Below are positions 13,025 to 48,618 of a stretch of DNA of 64,000 nucleotides, in pieces; positions within the stretch are counted from its first letter, which is position 1, and every line of letters begins with the position of its first letter. This DNA comes from Octopus sinensis (Eukaryota): positions 23,436,001 to 23,500,000 of the forward strand of contig NC_043021.1 in the NCBI RefSeq assembly GCF_006345805.1, given 5' to 3'. Below the pieces are notes generated by a model that worked only from the letters and a program-made list of their open reading frames with translations, did not search any database and was not told the origin of the DNA. The position numbers and the translations under genes are program-made.

Positions 13025-13030
<6 letters not shown>
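13025..13030 (-). terminator. Candidate polyadenylation signal of STC-like gene
   Basis: AATAAA on the minus strand about 135 nt after the stop, at the edge of an (AAT)n tract. Confidence 0.35.
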
Positions 13031-13087
<57 letters not shown>

Positions 13088-13163
13088 GGTAGCTATACTC
13101 AGTAAACAAGTCCAAAGTCCAACACGCGAATAAATCTTGAATTCTACCCAGTAACTAGGTACA

Positions 13164-34558
<21,395 letters not shown>

Positions 34559-34699
34559 ACTTTGTATTTCTTTCTCTTGACTTAGATACAATGTCTTCTG
34601 TTGCTATCAACGTGATCTTCTCCCTTCAAGTTCCTTTCTCCAAGTCTATCGATGGTGTCAGCTGTCAGTGCTTTCGTTTAGCTCTCTCCCGCTACCATG

Positions 34700-34715
34700 C
34701 AGTCATATATAGATA
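34700..34715 (-). promoter_or_regulatory. Candidate TATA-like core promoter of STC-like gene
   Basis: Minus-strand catatcTATATATGact about 150 nt upstream of the ATG; kept in the paralog at 47331-47347. AT-rich context weakens the call. Confidence 0.3.
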
Positions 34716-34766
34716 TGCGAGAGATTGTTCGAATAATTATGTATATATATATACACATACCTACAT

Positions 34767-34818
<52 letters not shown>

Positions 34819-34886
34819 ATATCTATATACATATACATATATAAGCAAATATATACATATATACACATATACATACATATATGTAC

Positions 34887-34936
<50 letters not shown>

Positions 34937-35413
34937 TTACCTATTTACCTATGGATGTGTGTATATATATAAATATGTATATATGTATGCATGATACATA
35001 TATGGATAGATAGATAGATAGATAGATAGATACATAAATAGATAGATAAATGCATGCTTAAGCAGTTAAACACTCAAAGGTGGTACTTCTTGGCCAAGCT
35101 GTCAGACTATTATGTATTAATTGATGTAGTATACAATTAATATACGTAACTCATGTTTCATGGAGGAAAAACGCGAAAAGAGTGAGAGGAAGACCCATCC
35201 ATCAACTGTCTTCAATATTATTCAGCATTCACGCAGGGATATTCGCGAACCTGTGTATTCATAGCATTGCTTTCCATCATTTGGTGTCATTAGATAAACT
35301 GTTGCATCAGGTGTATAGGAAAAATATGTAAGTGCTGCATTTATTCAATCACAATGCAATAATTTCAGTTCAAAACATTACTAACAAAAGTTATCTATTT
35401 TCTAGGGAAGTGG

Positions 35414-35601
<188 letters not shown>

Positions 35602-35689
35602 CAAACAGACAGACAGGATGTGAGAGATATCTGAGGACTTATTTGGAGATTTAATTTTTTTTTTATCTAGCAAAAACAAAATATATTTT

Positions 35690-36400
35690 GAGATAAGTTT
35701 GTGTAGATGTTCTTGATAAGCTTTCTTATGAGATTATTTTATAAATCCGCCTTCAGCTTCGACGACTTCTTTAATGCACGAACACAATCGTTCACTTGCC
35801 TGCCTAAAATGGTTATTCATTTCGAGCATCATCCGGGTATTGGTGAAATTCAGCCAAGCTGTGGAAATTGAGTCGATTGGTTTCGATCTCAACAATACTC
35901 CAATCATAGTAGTCCATTGAATTAAAACCTCATGATTCTTGGAGTTTTGGTGTTCTATGATCGTAATTATTATCTCACAATCATTCTTGAGCTACGTTAT
36001 CTTTATAAAGATACTGTCTTGGCCTTCAGTTGCGTACTTCATTCATTCAGGCCTTAAGAACTGTATTAATTCCGAGATCCTGTGGAAATAGGTGACGTGA
36101 CATGACAGGACTTTTGTTACTAAGTTCGTCATAGCTGCTTGGAAACTTGTGTGCATCAATCTGTTAAAAGTGGACGTTGTGTTAGGACACAAAATACTGC
36201 GAGAGTTATCATGAGAGAAACTCTCATATTGATTTTCGGTGCTTAAAATCACTCTTCTTTATATCGCGAGCGAGGAGCTAAATCACTCGCCCTCGACACC
36301 GCTAAGACTACCAGATCGCGGGATTTTGGCTATCCCTGGATTTGTGGATGGTAGACGCTCCAAACCTGGAGATTACAGCGATATCTCTGCAAACGATATA
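35690..36400 (-). mobile_element. Degraded Tc1/mariner-superfamily relic
   Basis: C-terminal ..IKEVVEAEGGFIK* signature; otherwise heavily decayed. Confidence 0.5.
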
Positions 36401-36929
36401 CATAGAATCACGGTATCTAACCAGGTATTGGCGCTGAGAAGAGCCAGTGGGCTTATTAAGAAATAATTACTATTTTGAAAAGCAGTATTAATATCGAAAG
36501 GTAATATTTATTCCTACTTAAAAGTGGATGTTGTTTCAGAACACAAAACACTACGAAAGTCACAATAATTACCATAAGACAACCTTTCATATGGGCTTTT
36601 GATGAGTATATAAATGTGTGAGTGTTTGTGTGTCTTTGTGTGTCTTTGTGTGCGCGCATTGTGAAAACCCCAAGTCTTGTGAAATACAGGTTTCGTGACT
36701 TAAACATTTATTTTGTCATTGTTCACGTTGTAACACTTTTAAGGCAGATTATGTTTAACCCAAAGAACGCTCATAAAGAAGAAGACCGAAGAAGAAACGC
36801 AGGGGAGATGAGCAACAAAGACTTTACTGGTTTACGATGTGTCAAGTGGCCATTTTCAAATTCGGTGGCGTGTTTTTAAAATGCAGATATAACGTATAAA
36901 TTTTGTTCCCGGAATTTACGTAAACTCTG

Positions 36930-37620
36930 GAGGAACCTTAAGATATATAATTTCTCGAGAGAACATATAGAACATATTTTTAACTAATTAATATAGGGTC
37001 TGGTTTTTGAAATGATTTTCCATTTGATGTCGTAGCTGGTTCCTTCGTCTTTAAGATTCCAGATTTATAACAAAGCCGTTTAGATTTAAATGAGCCTTAT
37101 CACTCATAATCAGGTTGTGAATAAAATCACCTTCTTGCTTTGCTAATTCTTGTTTCTGGGCAGCGTACACAAATCGCATCCGATAATCTGCTGGGTTTAG
37201 TTCCTGAACCAGCTGCACTTTATAAATTTAGTATCTTTTGACTCCCCTGTGGTGAACTTCGCGATACACCAAGCTACTGGGAACCGCCATTGGGCTGGTG
37301 GTGAAAGCTTTTCTTCTATGCTCAACCGTACACGTTGAATGTTGTTCTGAGACTTCCCTGAGCCCAGCCTTTCCGTTCGTGGTAATCCTGTTACAGCCCT
37401 CTATGGTTCAAACCGTCAGAATAAACTGAGAATCGCTTCTTCTTTGATGGTCAATGTCAGAATCCAAAATGGCGAATGTATATCCTTTGGGTTAACACAA
37501 TTGATTGTTGATATTCTTGATAAAATTCGATTATTTTTACTCGTTGCTTTATCGTAACTTTCTCTACGATTATTTTCCAAGAAGTACAGGTCAATAATCT
37601 GAAACAAAATAACTGAAAAA
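36930..37620 (-). mobile_element. Tc1/mariner relic with DUF4817-like HTH N-terminus
   Basis: EKVTIKQRVKIIEFYQEYQQSIVLTQR.Y.RHF; YKVQLVQELNPADY.MRF; IMSDKAHL. Confidence 0.75.
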
Positions 37621-37816
37621 TCAATTGTAAATGAGTTATTATATTTAAAATGGACTTGTTCCTTTTGGACTACGCTGTGTGTGTGGGGGTGTTTGTATAT
37701 GCATGTGTGCGCGCGTTAGCCTGTGTCTGTCTCTTTGTGTCTTTGTCTGTGTCTGTTCCTCTGTGTGTGTCTGCGTCTGTGTGTGTGTCTATGTGCCTGT
37801 GTATACTCTTTACTCT

Positions 37817-38027
37817 TTTACTTGTTGCAGTCATGTGACTGTGGCCATGCTGGAGCACCGCCTTTAGTCGATCAAATCGACCCCGGGACTTATTCTTTGT
37901 AAGCCTAAGCCTAGAACTTATTTTATCGATCTCGTTTTTGCCGAACCGCTAAGTTACGGGGACGTAAACACACCAGCATCAGTTGTCAAGCGATGCTGGG
38001 GGGACAAACACAGACACACAAACAAGC

Positions 38028-38078
<51 letters not shown>

Positions 38079-38243
38079 CGAGGGGCTTCTTTCAGTTTCC
38101 GTCTACCAAATCCACTCACAAGGCTTTGGTCGGCCTGAGGCTATAGTAGAAGACACCTACCCAAGGTGCCACGCAGTGGGACTGAACTCGAAACCATGTG
38201 GTTCGTAAGCAAGCTACTTACCATACTGCCACTCCTACGCCTA
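37817..38243 (-). mobile_element. SINE family 2, full-length copy
   Basis: Reverse complement of 27533-27958. Confidence 0.88.
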
Positions 38244-38449
38244 TGTAATATTTTACCTTTTACGTGTTTTCAGTCACTGGACTACGACCCTACTTTCGGT
38301 TTGGTCGAACAAATTGACCCCAGTTTTTTTTAGCCTGGTACTTATTATATTGGACTTGGGGGCTTAGACAACCTAACACCAGTTGTGAAGTGTGGCGAGA
38401 GGCAAACACAAATGCAACACACACATACACACGTAACTGTATATAAATA

Positions 38450-39515
38450 TTAGTTTGTCCGGAAAGTCTTGAGCGTGTTTAAGCTAAGTCTTTCCACGTT
38501 TCATTGACCACACCTGATACGTAACGCAGTTAAAACTTTGGCGTCGCTTTTCGTTTTTTTAAAAAAGGGGAAATGCTTCATAGACTTGCAAAAGTGTTTG
38601 CGAAGTTTATGGTGATGATGCTGTTGGTGAATCAACTGTTCGAAGCTGGAGAGTTTAGCTTGTAAGATGACATTTGCAGTGGAAGACCTTCAAAACTGGA
38701 TGAAGATGATTTGGATGCAAAAATCGAAGAAAGCTCAAATACCACTACTAGAGAACTTACAGAGGATTTGGAAGTTTCTAAAAGTACGGCCCATGAAAAC
38801 CTAGTGAAGCTAGGATACATTCCTTGCTGTAATGTATGGGTTCCTCACAACCTCTCAGAATAGAATTGCTTGGGCCGGTATTCCGTTTGTGATATGCTTT
38901 TGAAACGGAATAAAAGCATGCCTTATTTGAAACAACTTGTGACGGGAGATGAAAAATGGATTGTGCACGAAAACTTAGTGCGGAAAACATCCTGGAGTTT
39001 GTGTAATGATCGCCCAAAACAGCAGCCAGAGACAAATATTCATTCCAAAAAATCTATGCCTTGTATTTGGTGGGCTCATAAAAGCATTATATATTATGAT
39101 CTTCTACCACAAAACCAGACCCTTAATTCTGATAGGTACTGTCGTCAGCTGGCTAATTTCAATCACAAAATATCAAAGAATTGAGGCCGGAGATTACCAA
39201 CAGGAAAGGGTAGTGTTCAAACAATACAATGCCCGATCACTTGTGTCTTTGACTGATGGAACAAAGTTACATGAACTTGGCTGGAATCTTTTACCCAATC
39301 CACCATATTCTCCTGATATTGCACCACCCGATTACCACCTGTTTTCCTCGCTACATAACTAATTGGAAGGAAAAACATCTAACGATTTGAGATGGTGTCG
39401 AAAGGTATCTGGATAACATTTTTTCTACAAAACCAATCAAATTTTATGCTGATGGAATATTTAAATTGCCTGATAGATGGTTAAAAATATATTAATAATG
39501 ACGGAAATTATTTCA
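38450..39515 (+). mobile_element. mariner element, near-complete transposase pseudogene
   Basis: LVTGDEKWI, KSMPCIWW, YNARS, PNPPYSPDIAPPDYHLF; TA|TTAGTTTGTCCGGAAAG left end. Confidence 0.9.
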
Positions 39516-39764
39516 TTACTCTTTAACTCTTTTACTTGTTTCAGTCATCTGAGTGTGGCCATGCTGGATCACCGCCTTTAGTCGAGCAAATCGACCCCAG
39601 GACTTATTCTTTGGAAGCCTAGTACTTATTCTATAGGTCACTTCTTGCCGAACCGCTAGGTCACGGGGAGGTAAACACACCAGCATCAGTTGTCAAGCGA
39701 TGTTGGGGGGACAAACACAGACACACAAATATACACACACACACAAATACATATATATGCACAT

Positions 39765-39826
<62 letters not shown>

Positions 39827-41142
39827 TAGAAATATGTTTTGAAAAAAAAAAAATACACGTGGCAATGTAAGGGTAAAAAATGAAAAATCAACGAAAATGC
39901 ATATTGTGGATATAAAAAAGCTATTTATGACAGGTAGTGACAAATATATACATTTAGAGTATTACTAGTCAAAAAGGTCATTATTATTGATGATTATAAG
40001 AAGTTAATAATAATAATAGTAATAAGGTAAGAGACTGAAACGAACCTGCGTCCATTATAAACCTTCGAACAGGGGAGGTCAGCCGCTTCATCCTGCCAGT
40101 CAGGTTTATAATGGACGCAGATTGTGTGTCAAATAGCTAGCTTGAGGCGATGGCCTCTTGGAGCTAATCAGCGACAGCTTTAGTATTATATTTATAAGAC
40201 TGCCATATAAGTATGACGATAACTATTAATTTCCAGTAACGCTGCCGTAATCTCCTTTAGAGAGACTTAGTAATTTTAATATTTCTATTATATATATATA
40301 TATATATATTAATTACATGCGCTTGATCGGGATGCAAAATGTAGATTCCTAACATATTCAAATTTATAAATTTTCGAAATATTATGTTGAGGATGGAAAT
40401 GAAATTGTTTAATTCCAATCCAGAAACGCGTTCATAATTAATCGAAGACTGTTTGATTTCGGTATTTTTCTTCTTTTTGCCTATGTGATTTACAAATATT
40501 GTTATCTGTGGAGTCATATAAGTAGTAAAAAGAAATGAGCAGTCTTTTGGCTGCTATTTCTAAATTTACGTAATGTAGTGAGGCAACTTTTTGCTTAACC
40601 TTTAATTATATATATATACATATATATATACGACGGGCTTCTTTAAGTTTCCGTCTACCACAGCTTTGATCGGGCCGAAGCTAAGTAGAAAACACTTGCC
40701 AAACGTGCCATACAGTGAGACTAAACCATGAACCACGTGATTGGAAAGCAAGTTTCAGACCACACAGCCATGCCGCTGCACATATGCTGCATTTTGGTGC
40801 AGCATGTAGGAACTACTTCCTCCATCATGTCGCTGAAAGAGCTAAAGCTCAAAACTTCATTAGCAACAGGATAAAACCAGTGCGATCCAATTCCTTGACG
40901 TTTCAAAGTTGTGATTGATGTCAAACATCAATTAACTCCGAATTCAATAACAAACCTCCATTTAGTAATGTATTTCCATTTTGTTGAATCGCTGTATGTA
41001 TACGCAAGTATGTATGCATGCATGCATGTATGTATGTATGTATGTTTATATGTACATACATACGTGTATGTATATATGTGTGTGTATGTATTCATATATG
41101 TCTATGTATGTGTATGTATGTGTACATGTATGTATGTGTGTT

Positions 41143-41182
<40 letters not shown>

Positions 41183-41241
41183 CATATATACATATATACA
41201 TATATATATATATACATATATATGTATATGTATATATATAC

Positions 41242-41305
<64 letters not shown>

Positions 41306-41559
41306 TTTACTACCCACAAGGGGCTAAACACAGAGGGGACAAACCAGTGCGTAACTGGTACTTAATTTATCGACCCCGAAATGATGAAAGGCAAAGTCAA
41401 CCTCGGCGGAATTTGAACTCGGAACGTAACGACAGACGAAATACGGTTACGAATTTCGCCCGGCGTGCGAACGTTTCTACCAGCTCGCCGCCTTACCATA
41501 TATATATATATAGCCACATATATATATAAAATGTAAAACAGATAAATTAAGAAATGGCG

Positions 41560-42530
41560 TCAAACGCAGGTGTTATTCAAACCATTTATACTTCCAACAT
41601 ATGTTTCGAAGAAAGCATTGAGATTATGCCAGAGGGAATAAAAATGATGTATAACAATGCAGCCATCTCGTTATGGAAAAGAAGAGAAACAAAACACAGC
41701 AATAAGCCATCTTAACTGAATGAAATTACTGCGTATGTGATGAAGGGGAACGCTGGCAAATTATTTTTCAAAAACCGTTAATAGATTTAACGTCAAAGGT
41801 AATTTAGAGAAGGAGAAGAAAGAAAGATATTAACAGAAAATTAAGAGTGGAGAAATATGGTACGGTATATGAATGAGAATAAATCTTAAAAGTGTGGAAA
41901 TAGTTATATGTAGTGGAAAATAAATGTAAGAAGACAGTTAAAGGTTGAATGTAATAAATTGGTAGAAATTACTCATAGGAACTAAAGGTATGTTTTTACC
42001 AATGTTTACAACGATAAACGTGTTCTTTAAACGTATTTACAAAAGTCTTCTCCGAGAAACGGATGAGAAATTGTTCTTCGTTACAGTGAGGACAAAAAGA
42101 TTTGCCTTTGTCATATGGGAAGGATCTAGATAGAATTTTTCATTCCAAATCGAATTGTTGATTATATTCTTTTAGAGAGTAAATTAATTGACTAAGCCCA
42201 GTATTGTTGCATTTTTTGAAATATCTAAATGTAGAGTAATGCTTAGATATTCTTTTCGACGACCGAGATGAAGAACTACATGTGTAAAAGTAGACAGCAG
42301 AACCGGAAGTGATTTTACATTGATAAGCAGTGTTTCCAGTCTTAGAATTACAGATAAGGAAACGAATACGATTCGAATTTATATCAGAAATATTAATATT
42401 GCTGTTATTATTGTTCAAAGAACGGTTAGTGTTAATAATATCAATGCTATTATCTTTATTACTTAACAACTTATTGTTATGCGAAGAGATGATTTGTGAA
42501 TGGTTTTTGATATAACAAAGGTACAATTTT
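41560..42530 (-). mobile_element. Penelope-like element relic (GIY-YIG C-terminal region)
   Basis: KRISKHYSTFRY..NNTGLSQLIYSLK..F.LE*KILSRSFPYDKGKSFCPHCNEE. Confidence 0.7.
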
Positions 42531-42542
42531 GTATATTTGAAA

Positions 42543-44712
42543 TCTACATGATATTCGTAGAAAATTTCATAAAAAAATATCCTGTTTTCAGAAAGTTATG
42601 ATCATCCAATGTCTGATGGGGTTAGAAATCTGTAGTTATGCCAAATTGTCTACAATATCAAGGTCAGCGAAAAGAATGTCTCTGTCGAGGAAAAAAGAGA
42701 TAGCGGCAGAAACTGAAGCGTGTCAAAAAATGAACAGACTGTGCACTACAAAAGTCAGCGCATCTCAAAGTAATTAACAGTGGTATGCACGACTAACAAC
42801 GAATAGGATCTCCTCGGCAGAACGAAGAGGAGTTGCAACAGCTCCGAGAAGAAGCAACTTCTATGAAGCAGCTTTCAATTATGATCCAGCCGTTCGTTAT
42901 GCATATGACACTAGAGTTTCCATTGGTGCAATGACAACTGAATGCATACATTGTAAAGCAAAGAAGTAGTCTGGAGAGACACCTGCACTGGGCTGCAGTG
43001 GTGGAAAGGTTAAACTCCCTGCAGTTCCCCAACCTCCAAAGCTATTGAAGAAACTGTTGTCATCAACTGACCAAGATCTCAAGCACTTCCAAAACGAAAG
43101 TAGACAGTGCAGTGCTGCACTACAGATGACATCATTTAGATCCACAAGCGATATAACTGAGCCAGGATTCTTGCAAACTTTTAAGGTCCACGGTCAGATG
43201 TATCATCGGATTGGTTCTCTACTACCTCTGTCAAATGAATCACCATAATTCCTTCAAATATATTTTTATGGGTGATTCTCAACAAGAAGGGTAAGAGAGG
43301 TGTAAGAACATTTCCGGAATCAGGATGAACATTGTAGTGTCTCTGCAGAAGCTGTTGCATAACAACAACAACAACAACCTGATCAGAAGCTTGAAGACTG
43401 CACTTGAAACAATTCCACCTGACTCCATGGATTACAAGGTAGATATCAGATCAGACAAGAAACCATCTGGAGGGAGGTTTAATGTACCAGCAGCAAATGA
43501 AATAGCTGTGCTTCTGATAGGGCAAGAACATGACAAGCGTGACATTGTCCTCCATCTCAGAGACAGCACACTGACGGACACAGTCCAACTAAAAATGGCA
43601 GTTCCCAAAAATACCACACTCACATCATTCTTCAAGCTCTGTTAAGATGATTAATTTGCTACAAGACGGCTATACAATGAAGTTCTACAGTTCTATACCT
43701 GGTACCGAAGCAAATGTGCTCCTGGTGCACCCATACATCATCTGGGAATCAAGAAATCAGACATACTTGGCAGGGTCTATGTTGTCCATCCCAACTACTC
43801 AGAGTGCTACTATCTAAGGCTTCTGTTACACCATGTCAAGGGACCCACATCATTTACAGCCTTACATATGGTTGATAACACAGTATGTCAAACATAGCGC
43901 CGGGCTCGCCATCTCAGAGGTCTTCTGGAAGATGATGCACAATGGGAAGTCACTCTGACAGAGGTACAAATGTGCAAGTCTCCTATGCAGTTGAGAAACC
44001 TCTCCTCCATCATGGCAACATGGAATGTCTTCATTCTAATGACACCTGTCATCTCAAATGATCTCCACTTTCAGTTCAGGAGACTGCAGTTTCCTGTCAA
44101 ACTAAGCTTTGCAATGTCTATCAACAAAGCTCAAGGTCAATCTCAAAAGGTGGTGGGACTTAACTTCCTTCAAACTTGCTTCTCATGTGGTCAGCTGTAT
44201 GTTGGATGTTCTGGGATGGAAATGAAAAGAACCTTTGCATTCTCAGTGATAAACATGACAGAACAGAAAGACACAGAATATGAAGACTTACTTACATGAA
44301 TTGGTCAGATACAGAAATGTAAGAAGAACATTGAGTGTTAAATTATTACATTTTCACTTTTCGACTGACATGCGTCAATGTATATCTGTGCGTATAAAAG
44401 TGAAACAATAACGTGATATATTCGTTGTGTGTGTGTGTGTACTCTACGCACGGCTTTTCGTTGTGTATAATCTGTAACTGATTTTGGTTGCGCAATAAGT
44501 TAGACGAAATTGTATTTACTTTACATACATACATGAGTTGAAAACTTTCTTTTCACATTTCACTTCACGTCTATTATTCCATGCTGGCATGGGTTGCAGA
44601 GTTGTAGGAAGCTGGTATCTCAGCTACCAGCTGTTGAGACCTGCGTAATCTAGACGGCATTTTAAAATTTTATTATTTTCTTTAACCCGGACAACGCCGA
44701 GTATTTCTGCTA

Positions 44713-44713
<1 letters not shown>
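42543..44713 (+). mobile_element. Internally deleted Helitron
   Basis: TFKVHGQMYHRIGSLLP, RFNVP..NEIAVL, YYLRLLLHHVKGPTSF, RRLQFPVKLSFAMSINKAQGQS..GQLYV. The 3' hairpin and CTAG|T end at 44713; the 5' end is tentative. Confidence 0.85.
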
Positions 44714-44754
<41 letters not shown>

Positions 44755-44825
44755 CGTTCAGTTGTTCATAAGTGAGGAAAAAGTCACACTCTAAACATTT
44801 TTTCAGCAGTAATATTTTATGTTAT

Positions 44826-45295
44826 GTAGTCATCGTTTATGACCGGTCAGAAAGATACCATTGGATTCTTGTCTATTATTTCTTATCAATATAGACAACA
44901 CATCAGAAGTGCTGGTCGGAGGTACATAACTTTATTACTTGTGGAGCTAAGAATAGTGTCCGGGTCAGCCAGTTGTAAAAGAGATATAAAATTCACCGCT
45001 CGAAGATTAGTAAACGGAAATCGTATATCAGCTGAATCTTTTGGGACACAACTGGAACCGATCAAAGGAAGATACCTCCATCTTGTCTGGAAGGAGTTAG
45101 TTTTCGCTATTAAGTCCTTAGTTTCAGGTGGTTTTGTTGTTTTTTTTTTTCATGACTGACTAGCGAAAACTCTATTTCTAGTTTCATTACGAAAAGGGGC
45201 TATGTGCCTTGGGCCCAAAGGTCGTCTTTATTGCTAAAAGCGATAATAAACCTGAAACCAATGATAACTTTTTGACCGGCCATAGCAATGACTAC
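44826..45295. mobile_element. MITE-like element with imperfect terminal inverted repeats of about 80 bp
   Basis: gtagtcatcgtttatgaccggtcagaaagataccattgg vs the reverse complement of 45215-45295; a copy of the left arm lies at 31740-31900. Confidence 0.7.
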
Positions 45296-45299
45296 ATTA

Positions 45300-47028
<1,729 letters not shown>

Positions 47029-47116
47029 GAATTTACGAAAATAATACAAAAGATGAAGACAGGTGGTGCACAAAACAAACAGATATATTACTATAACGCT
47101 CAGAAATACAGAAAAG

Positions 47117-47188
47117 TTCAGTCCGAAAATAAAATCCTTGACAGGTTAATGCCCATTGCAGTAAAATAATTGAGAAAAGCTTCAACAT
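47117..47188 (-). pseudogene. Truncated paralogous STC-like exon 1
   Basis: [24 protein letters not shown], then an abrupt switch into a Penelope-type repeat (about 47025-47116). No donor, and I found no exon 2-4 copies between 35600 and 47100. Confidence 0.75.
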
Positions 47189-47387
47189 ACTTCGTATTTC
47201 TTTCTCTTGGCTTATATATAAGATCTTCTGTTGCTATCAACGTGGTCTTCTCCATTCAAGTTCCTTTCTCCAAGTCTATCGATGATGTCAGCTGTCAGTG
47301 GTTTCGTTTAGCTCCCTCCTGCGTTCATATAGTCATATATAGATATGTGTAAGTTTGTCCAGATATGTATATTTGTATATATGTATG

Positions 47388-47529
<142 letters not shown>

Positions 47530-47708
47530 CGTGTGTGTGTGTATAAATATATAGATATATAGACATAAATATATATACATGTATATGCATTTATGTAAAT
47601 ACATATGCATATATATATACATATATGTATATATATATTTGCCTATGGATATGTGTATATGTATGAATATGCATATATGTGTGTATCATAGATAGATAGG
47701 TAGATAGG

Positions 47709-47774
<66 letters not shown>

Positions 47775-47775
47775 T

Positions 47776-47832
<57 letters not shown>

Positions 47833-48156
47833 CAGACAGGCCAAGCTGTCAGTCTATATTATATTAATTGATGTAATATATAGATGATAAGCGTAACTCA
47901 TGTTCCTTGGAGGAACACTTTGAAAGGAGAGAGTGGGAGACCCATCCATCAACTGTATTCAGGAGTCAAGCAGGGATATTCACGAACCTGTGTATTCATT
48001 GATTTGCTTTCCATCATTTGGTGTCATTAGATAAACTGTTGCATCAGATGTATAGGAAAAATATGTAAGTGCTGCATTTATTCAATCACAATGCAATAAT
48101 TTCAGTTCAAAACATTACTAACAAAAGTGGCTGCTATCTATTTTCTAGGGAAGTGG

Positions 48157-48157
<1 letters not shown>

Positions 48158-48243
<86 letters not shown>

Positions 48244-48310
48244 GTAGATAGATAGATAGATAGATAGATAGAGAGATAGAGAGATAGATAGATAGATAGA
48301 TAGATAGATA
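48158..48310. repeat. (GATA)n tract at the 3' end of copy D
   Basis: Direct reading. Further tracts lie at 54132-54226, 59459-59645, 33903-33982 and 47685-47833, plus (TATC)n at 25700-25788. Confidence 0.97.
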
Positions 48311-48465
48311 ACTTTTTATTGTAGCCACACAGGGCTAAACACAGAATAAAAATGGACGAAATACAATGTAGAATCTTTTCTTTTCGAGGTGGGATGGGTG
48401 GGGCAAAAAAAAAACAAAACTGTTTGATCAATAGGGATCTGTGGGTTGTGTGGTGTATAAAAAAG

Positions 48466-48502
<37 letters not shown>

Positions 48503-48618
48503 TCACAGTTTAGGTGTAGCCTTGGAAAGAAAAACCTACAAAAAAGACCAAGGTCACCTCAGGCAATTCGAAAAAGAACACATGAGTCAGTCGCCTTACT
48601 TCTCGTTGTCTCTTTTGG

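Noticed and set aside
37416-37607. Strong splice-acceptor-like sequence with an ORF
   Set aside because: The sequence translates to a Tc1/mariner transposase N-terminus in another frame.
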